From: an uncultured Candidatus Saccharibacteria bacterium | GTDB lineage: Bacteria; Patescibacteriota; Minisyncoccia; UBA6257; JACOXY01 | Reading direction: 5' to 3' | NCBI GenBank assembly: GCA_964357615.1 | Contig: CAYHMC010000002.1 | Span: forward strand, 7,481-71,480 | Length of the DNA: 64,000 bases | Shown: in pieces, positions 58,534 through 64,000 of the stretch | Layout of the letters: every line of letters starts with the position of its first letter | How positions within the stretch are numbered: position 1 is the stretch's first letter | Made by a program: the position numbers and the translations under genes | Notes under the pieces: generated by a model | The model's database searches: none | The model's input: the letters and a program-made list of their open reading frames with translations, nothing else | What the model was told of the DNA's origin: nothing

Positions 58534-59745
58534 CTAAACATTTTTAGGCAAAAAATTCCACATATCTACAAATTGAATATTTGGATAATCCTTTGGATTT
58601 ATTTCGCGATATTCTGGGTGTGGTGTCGCCAAAATTACAATATTTGAGTTTTTTAAGACATGGTCTAATGACACAAAAGATGCGTCACTCATATAAGGAT
58701 CTGTACAAAGAACACTTCTACATTCTACATGAGCAATTTTTCTTAATTTGAAAGATAAAGAATCTCTATGGTCGTCACTTTCCGCTTTGTATGCCATACC
58801 CAAAATACCAATTGTTTTTTCTTTTAACTCGGCCGAATGTTCGCGTTTCAATTTACCAATTAAATGATTTACCAATCCCTCATTCACCAACATTGCTGCG
58901 TGACCTAGCCAAAAATTGTTGTTCGTAAAAGCGGCTAATTGCATAGTATCTTTTAATAAACATGGACCAGCAGCAAATCCAGGCGAAGGTAAATCTTGTG
59001 TTCTCGGATAATTGTGCTTCATGGCTTTTTCAATACTGCTATATTCTAACCCATGTGATTCAGCAATCATAAAAAACTGATTGGCTACGGCAAATCTTAT
59101 ATAACGCCAAGAATTTGTAAATAATTTTGCAAGCTCTGCTTCCATTGCAGAAACAGCAACAATATCAGACTTAGTTGATTTTTGAAATAACTTTGTCACC
59201 TCGTTTCGAGTTTCGTCATCAAAGGCAGAAATTATTTGTGGCAGAACTTTTAAATCTTCGATTGCGCGACCCTGCAAAATTCTTTCAGGGCAAAATGAAA
59301 GTTTTACTTTTTTATTTTTTGATTCAAAATATTGCTGAACTTTTTCAGTGGTACCAGGATAAACTGTACTCCTTAAAATTATAATCTGGCCGTCTCTAAA
59401 GTGATTGATGTATTTATCAATTACCCTTGTAATTCCCCCAAATTGCGGACTAAGATATTCGTCAATTGGAGTTCCAATAACAATTACAACAAACTTAGAA
59501 TCTGCAATTGATTCTGGGGAACTCGAGGTAACAAGCGAACCACTCTTTATAGCAGTTCCAAGCGCCTCATCTCCATCCTTCTCCTTAAATGGGAATTTGC
59601 CAGACTGAATTTTATTCAAGGCTTCTTGATTTACATCAAATAAAACTGTTTTTACTCCGGCATTTGCGAATACTACACCCAAAGGAAGGCCCACATGACC
59701 AGCCCCACCAACAATACAAAGTTCATATTTCGTTTGATTTGTCAT
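58534..59745 (-). CDS. Nucleotide-sugar dehydrogenase (UDP-glucose/GDP-mannose dehydrogenase family)
   Basis: LCIVGGAGHVGLPLGVVFA is the N-terminal NAD-binding motif. The length is typical. The start was trimmed to MTNQTKYE. Confidence 0.8.
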   Translation of the reverse strand: MTNQTKYELCIVGGAGHVGLPLGVVFANAGVKTVLFDVNQEALNKIQSGKFPFKEKDGDEALGTAIKSGSLVTSSSPESIADSKFVVIVIGTPIDEYLSPQFGGITRVIDKYINHFRDGQIIILRSTVYPGTTEKVQQYFESKNKKVKLSFCPERILQGRAIEDLKVLPQIISAFDDETRNEVTKLFQKSTKSDIVAVSAMEAELAKLFTNSWRYIRFAVANQFFMIAESHGLEYSSIEKAMKHNYPRTQDLPSPGFAAGPCLLKDTMQLAAFTNNNFWLGHAAMLVNEGLVNHLIGKLKREHSAELKEKTIGILGMAYKAESDDHRDSLSFKLRKIAHVECRSVLCTDPYMSDASFVSLDHVLKNSNIVILATPHPEYREINPKDYPNIQFVDMWNFLPKNV

Positions 59746-59794
59746 GGTATTGATTCTAATTCTTAGAATCAAAAAAGTCAAAAAATATTTTTAG

Positions 59795-60550
59795 CTACTT
59801 TCTAAGTACGGTACTGGGGCCTTTTTTAAAATAAGTTGTTTCAAGTGCATAAAAAAACCATCTTGCATAACGAGGTAGCCATTTTCTAAATTTAAACCTA
59901 CTTTCGCCCTTCTTTCTCATAATCCATCTTGCTGGAACCTCTGCCACAGACCATCCAAGCCTATGACATTTTACCAATAATTCTATAGCGTAAGTAAATC
60001 CCTCTGAAGATTCAATTTTAACAGTATCTATAACCCGCCTAGAGAATAATCGCCAAGCATATGTTGCGTCTGTCGCTGGAACACCAATGAAATGATGCAA
60101 AACGAATGACGCTACGCGAACCACAAATGATTTTAATCTAGGACCACCGCTTATTTCCCCGCCCTTCATAAGTCTACTTGCGACCACCACATCACAACCC
60201 TCTTTATATTTTATAAACATCTCATCTATTATAATTGCGTTATTTGCCTCATCAGAACCAAAAGTAAGAATTGCTTCTGCAGTTGTAGAATCAAAACCCG
60301 TTGTTATCGCGCTATGAACCCCCCTACCTTTATTTTTAACAAAAACAATATCAAATTTATATTTTTTCCCTTTTAATGCTTGCAGTGTATTATCATCATC
60401 AAAATCATAGCAAATAAATACTTTAATTCGAGTTTTCACTTCGTTCTCAAAAGCTTGAAATAAATCAAGAATATTCTCTCCTTCGTTATAAACTGGTATA
60501 ACAATATCGAGAACTGAAGTTTTTGATTCTTTGTTTAAATTAGATTCCAT
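59795..60550 (-). CDS. GT2 polyprenol-phosphate glycosyltransferase (DPM-synthase/GtrB/ArnC-like)
   Basis: 251 aa. It has VLDIVIPVYNEGENI and a DxD. The length and the single C-terminal hydrophobic region fit polyprenyl-P sugar synthases. Confidence 0.7.
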   Translation of the reverse strand: MESNLNKESKTSVLDIVIPVYNEGENILDLFQAFENEVKTRIKVFICYDFDDDNTLQALKGKKYKFDIVFVKNKGRGVHSAITTGFDSTTAEAILTFGSDEANNAIIIDEMFIKYKEGCDVVVASRLMKGGEISGGPRLKSFVVRVASFVLHHFIGVPATDATYAWRLFSRRVIDTVKIESSEGFTYAIELLVKCHRLGWSVAEVPARWIMRKKGESRFKFRKWLPRYARWFFYALETTYFKKGPSTVLRK

Positions 60551-60568
60551 TGAAAATATTTAGAAATA

Positions 60569-61726
60569 TTACTTTTTAATACTATTGAACTGCTGCTCGC
60601 AGGCCACAATAACTTCTTCTATTTTTATGGCTTCCAAACTTTCTACTTCGCACTTTATATCCGAATAGTCACACTCTAATTGATTTTTATATAAGCAAAT
60701 ATTTTTTTTACCATACGGGAACCAACTTCCAAATATATTTCTAATACTAAAAAGTGCAACTATCGGAATACCGTGTGCAGCTGCAATATGCATTGGCCCA
60801 GTATCATTTGTTAGATAAAGATCTACATTTTTAATTGCAATTATGCTTTCTTTAATAGACTTATCTGAAAAATTCAAACCAGAGACATTAGTACCTTTAA
60901 TAATTTCATTAATTTTTTCAAAATCAGCCGCGCCACTAAAATAAATCACACCAAATTTATGCTTTACACTGAGCGCATTTATTACTTTTAAAAAATTATC
61001 CTTAGGCCATCTTTGTCCCTCTGTTTTTCCACCCATACAAACACCCAAAAGTAATTTATTTTGGTTTTTAAAACTTTCGATTTCTTTTTGAATGTTTTTC
61101 GACTCAGCATAATTTGGAAACTCATAAACAATTTTATCAGATTTAATTCCGTTATTTTCTAAAATTTTTAATAAAGCGACTGACTCGGTATCTTTTGTAG
61201 TGAAATCTACTTGAGTTTTTTTAAATAACTGAGAAGTTCTGAGACTGAATTGAAATGCATGTTTAGAACCAATAAATTTTGAAAATAATTCATTTCTTAT
61301 CATCGTTCTAAAAAAAGCTAAATCATCGGGCAATTGAATAAATAAGTCATATTTTTTAGCGCGTAATTTTTTGATTAGCTTAATAATCAGACTAAAAGAC
61401 GAGACCTCATCGCTATAGTAAGTAATAATTTCATCGAAATAAGGAGCGCCCTCTAAAAAATCCCTTGCCCCAATTGACCCGCGATTACCCGGAGAAGTTA
61501 GTAGTGTAATCTTGCTATTGGGAAACTTCTTTTTAATAGCTGTAAACGAAGGTATTGCGCAAACAATATCGCCAATATTACCAATTTTATAAATAATAAT
61601 ATTTTTAGGATATTTTATTTTAAAAGGAAATAATATTTTATTGAAACAAAATAAAATTAAATTGAGCGCTTTAAGCCAAATAGAAACAACTAGCAGTTTT
61701 AATGATTCTAGAAACGAGGGCTTCAT
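60569..61726 (-). CDS. Glycosyltransferase family 9 (heptosyltransferase-like)
   Basis: 385 aa. The C-terminal LYLTNDTGPMHIAAAHGIPIVALFS matches the GT9 motif (D.G..HLAAA.G.P.V.LFG). Confidence 0.7.
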   Translation of the reverse strand: MKPSFLESLKLLVVSIWLKALNLILFCFNKILFPFKIKYPKNIIIYKIGNIGDIVCAIPSFTAIKKKFPNSKITLLTSPGNRGSIGARDFLEGAPYFDEIITYYSDEVSSFSLIIKLIKKLRAKKYDLFIQLPDDLAFFRTMIRNELFSKFIGSKHAFQFSLRTSQLFKKTQVDFTTKDTESVALLKILENNGIKSDKIVYEFPNYAESKNIQKEIESFKNQNKLLLGVCMGGKTEGQRWPKDNFLKVINALSVKHKFGVIYFSGAADFEKINEIIKGTNVSGLNFSDKSIKESIIAIKNVDLYLTNDTGPMHIAAAHGIPIVALFSIRNIFGSWFPYGKKNICLYKNQLECDYSDIKCEVESLEAIKIEEVIVACEQQFNSIKK

Positions 61727-61732
61727 TTTAAT

Positions 61733-62989
61733 TTAACGAGGTTTTTTTAATCTACAAAAACAATCAAGCATCATAATTATATCAATTGGAAAGCGATAGC
61801 GCGGGTCGGCATTTGCAATAACAAAAGGCAAGAAATAAAGAAAAATTACTAAAAACATCAGGAGGTTGTCTCTATCTAAAAAATTTTTGCGAGTTCTAAA
61901 TACGATAAAAAGCCAAACAAAGATTGGTGTCGCCATTAATATTTTAACAATTCTTTTTAGCCCTTCTGTAGTTATCCATGAAAAATCGGGAACTTGGTGG
62001 TATCCTGGCCTAAACAAGGTAAATATTTTTATTCCGGTTAACTTTATGTATTCAATTGGATGTGCTTTTATAAAATCAAATGCGAGCTGTTTGTAAGTTT
62101 CGGGTGGAAAAATTAGTCGCTCTTCAAATTTATTAATTGCCGTATATCCCCTAGCACCTAGAGCATCTCTCAAAGAATTTTCACCGCTAAAATCTGAAAG
62201 TAAGTACTTGCTAGAATATTCATTAGAACCTGCAAATAGATTATAATAGCCGTGATTTGGAAAATAAAAAGGTTTTTGCTTAACTGCAGTATTAATAATT
62301 ACAAAAACAAACAATGAGATAAATAAAAATAATAAAGATTGATTAAAATAGTTTCTTGATATGCTTTCACTTTCTTTATTTTTTATTCTGTTATTTTTAT
62401 TAAAAATTAAAACTCCATATTGAAATATTTTTGGAAAATAAACAATTAGCAATACAGGCAATACAAGCAATATGGTATTCATTCGAACTACAAAAAGCAG
62501 ACCGGATATTACACCCAAAACCAAAATGCCAAGAAAATTTCTTTCTCGTTCCACATACAGACAAGCTACAAGCAAGCCAAGTAATAGCAAAACTGTAATA
62601 TTGCCATCATGAACTCTCCATATATTAAGAAAAAGAACTGGGTGAATGGCAGTAATTAAAATACCAAAAAATAATTTATGACCAGTAACGCCTCTAAATG
62701 TCAAAAGCAAAAGAGCACACAATAAAATAAATACGTAGATTAGAGACTGACAAACTGGAATTAAATTTATGCCACCATGCGCGATGCATAACCCCAAAAA
62801 ACCAGAATATCCAATTGGCATAAAGTTAGATGTTATGGCTCCCACTTCTGCAAATTCATTGGCGTCATTATACAATAATGCCACAAAGAAAGAACTATCT
62901 ATGTCTTGCTTTAAAGACGCAAGGACAAAAACTACAACCAGAATTACACCAATTAGCATCAACACCTTTGGAATCGTAAGTTGGCTCAT
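61733..62989 (-). CDS. Polytopic membrane protein: GT-C-fold glycosyltransferase (ArnT/PMT-like) or Wzy-like polymerase
   Basis: 418 aa with about 10 TM helices. There is an acidic motif in the first extracytoplasmic loop (YNDANEFAEVG). It sits next to the polyprenol-P sugar synthase and GT9 genes. Confidence 0.5.
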   Translation of the reverse strand: MSQLTIPKVLMLIGVILVVVFVLASLKQDIDSSFFVALLYNDANEFAEVGAITSNFMPIGYSGFLGLCIAHGGINLIPVCQSLIYVFILLCALLLLTFRGVTGHKLFFGILITAIHPVLFLNIWRVHDGNITVLLLLGLLVACLYVERERNFLGILVLGVISGLLFVVRMNTILLVLPVLLIVYFPKIFQYGVLIFNKNNRIKNKESESISRNYFNQSLLFLFISLFVFVIINTAVKQKPFYFPNHGYYNLFAGSNEYSSKYLLSDFSGENSLRDALGARGYTAINKFEERLIFPPETYKQLAFDFIKAHPIEYIKLTGIKIFTLFRPGYHQVPDFSWITTEGLKRIVKILMATPIFVWLFIVFRTRKNFLDRDNLLMFLVIFLYFLPFVIANADPRYRFPIDIIMMLDCFCRLKKPR

Positions 62990-62996
62990 TATATAT

Positions 62997-64000
62997 TTAT
63001 ATTACTCGTGGAGTTGGTAGCGGAACTATAAATTTACCCTTAAATCCTTTTTCTTTTAGCTTTGACATTAGCTCCTCTGCAATATTCCACGAAAATATAA
63101 TTGCATACTCTGGTTGATCTTCAAATAGCTTGGACTCTTCTAAGACAGGAATTAGAGTTCCGGGAACATATTTATTAATTTTATGAGAACCTTTAATTTC
63201 TAATGTACAATCAACAATGCCCTCATCTATGCCAACATAATTAATTAAAGTTGTACCCCTTGATGGCGCTCCGATTCCATAAACTCGACCACCTTCTTTT
63301 TTTATATCACAAAGTATTTTAGACAGTTCGAGTTTTGCCATAACAACCCTAGAGTGAAATGCTAATAAATTTTCTTTATTAATTACTATATCCTTCTCTA
63401 ATTCTAATAAAGAAAGTACGCTTTCTCTTACTTTATACTTACCTTTTTTTGCAGCGTAAACTCTAATTGAACCTGCATGTGTCGGAATTTGTTTAGCGTG
63501 TATAACTTCAAGTCCATGCATTTCTAAGAGATGTTTCAAGCTATGAAGGGAATAATATCTTAGATGTTCGTGATAAATAGTATCAAATTGATTCATTTGA
63601 ATCAGCGGTAATAAATAATGTGATTCGGTTATAAATACTCCATCATCTTTTAAAATTTCTATGACCGAATCTAATACCTCATTTACATTATCAACATGAG
63701 CAAAAACATTTGTTGCCGTTATAATTTTAGATTCACCATATTCTTTTTTAATAGACAAAGCCGCATCCTTTGTAAAATAATCTAGTATTGTAGGAATGCC
63801 ACGCTCGAGTGCAATTTTACCAATATCTTCTGGTGTTATACCTAAAATTTTATGCTTATCTTTAAAGTTACTTAGAAGATTTCCATCATTTGACCCTATA
63901 TCCAAAACCAAGTCATCTGATTTTAATTCGAACATCGATACACATTCATTATAAAGCTCTGCAAAATTATCTCTAAGTACCTTGGTTGTGCTAGATGTAT
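62997..64000 (-). CDS. NDP-hexose C-methyltransferase (TylC3/NovU-like), N-terminus beyond right window edge
   Basis: The frame is open to the window end (the track ORF starts at the internal Met 63935). Motifs: LDIGSNDGNLL, ATNVFAHVDNV, FDTIYHEHLRYYSL, VYGIGAPSRGTTLINY, AIIFSWNIAEEL and GKFIVPLPTP. These match the sugar C-methyltransferase family architecture (Methyltransf plus C-terminal C-MT domain). Confidence 0.65.
   Translation of the reverse strand, partial: TSSTTKVLRDNFAELYNECVSMFELKSDDLVLDIGSNDGNLLSNFKDKHKILGITPEDIGKIALERGIPTILDYFTKDAALSIKKEYGESKIITATNVFAHVDNVNEVLDSVIEILKDDGVFITESHYLLPLIQMNQFDTIYHEHLRYYSLHSLKHLLEMHGLEVIHAKQIPTHAGSIRVYAAKKGKYKVRESVLSLLELEKDIVINKENLLAFHSRVVMAKLELSKILCDIKKEGGRVYGIGAPSRGTTLINYVGIDEGIVDCTLEIKGSHKINKYVPGTLIPVLEESKLFEDQPEYAIIFSWNIAEELMSKLKEKGFKGKFIVPLPTPRVI

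Noticed and set aside
1-64000. CRISPR arrays, integrases/transposases, phage genes
   Set aside because: There are no regularly spaced direct repeats of 25-40 bp and no recombinase, transposase or cas-like ORFs in the six-frame translation. The island at 37.6-64 kb is biosynthetic rather than mobile in content.

Overview
This is an AT-rich bacterial chromosomal segment with the standard genetic code (long intact ORFs, no in-frame UGA). I saw no rRNA, tRNA, CRISPR array, integrase or transposase. Gene content and organisation suggest a small-genome Patescibacteria/CPR-like organism, but that is inference. The evidence is that secE-nusG-rplK is not followed by rplA-rplJ-rplL-rpoB, ThrRS lacks the N-terminal TGS domain, and there are many pilin-like and glycosyltransferase genes and secreted proteins with a 'WKTYxNEKYGFEFKYP' motif.

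What is in the window:
(i) 1-10.7 kb: housekeeping genes smc (runs off the left edge), rnc, nusB, rpmF, rnhB, dnaE, thrS and miaA.
(ii) 10.7-11.2 kb: an apparently frameshifted gene remnant.
(iii) 13.0-17.9 kb: a prkA-yhbH(DUF444)-spoVR operon (the E. coli yeaG-yeaH-ycgB triad).
(iv) 18.0-25.3 kb: a large FN3/SH3b/LamG surface protein, gatB, a NUDIX hydrolase, a pseudopilin-LamG fusion and a P-loop protein.
(v) 25.3-29.7 kb: tmk, rplK, nusG, secE and gyrB.
(vi) 29.8-33.5 kb: a soluble PAS histidine kinase with a receiver-only response regulator, flanked by two small zinc-ribbon proteins, and a miniature EPSP-synthase-like protein.
(vii) 34.2-37.6 kb: an operon of trxB, two paralogous Cys-rich secreted proteins whose modules appear circularly permuted, an NrdH-like glutaredoxin and a DoxX-like membrane protein.
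(viii) 37.6-64.0 kb: a ~26 kb surface-glycan biosynthesis island running to the right edge. It has a WbaP-like priming transferase, a Wzx flippase, a sugar-1-P nucleotidyltransferase, 8+ glycosyltransferases (GT2/GT4/GT9/GT-C), a UDP-sugar dehydrogenase, two SDR dehydratase/epimerases, a DegT aminotransferase, an FkbM O-methyltransferase, a NodU/CmcH carbamoyltransferase and a TylC3/NovU-like sugar C-methyltransferase.

The C-methyl, O-methyl and carbamoyl tailoring enzymes together suggest a noviose-like decorated deoxysugar on a cell-surface glycan. I rate this the most interesting candidate system, followed by the thioredoxin/Cys-rich secreted paralog operon.

Several rho-independent terminators carry the stop codon inside the hairpin loop. 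All family assignments come from reading motifs in the translations. No database search was run.
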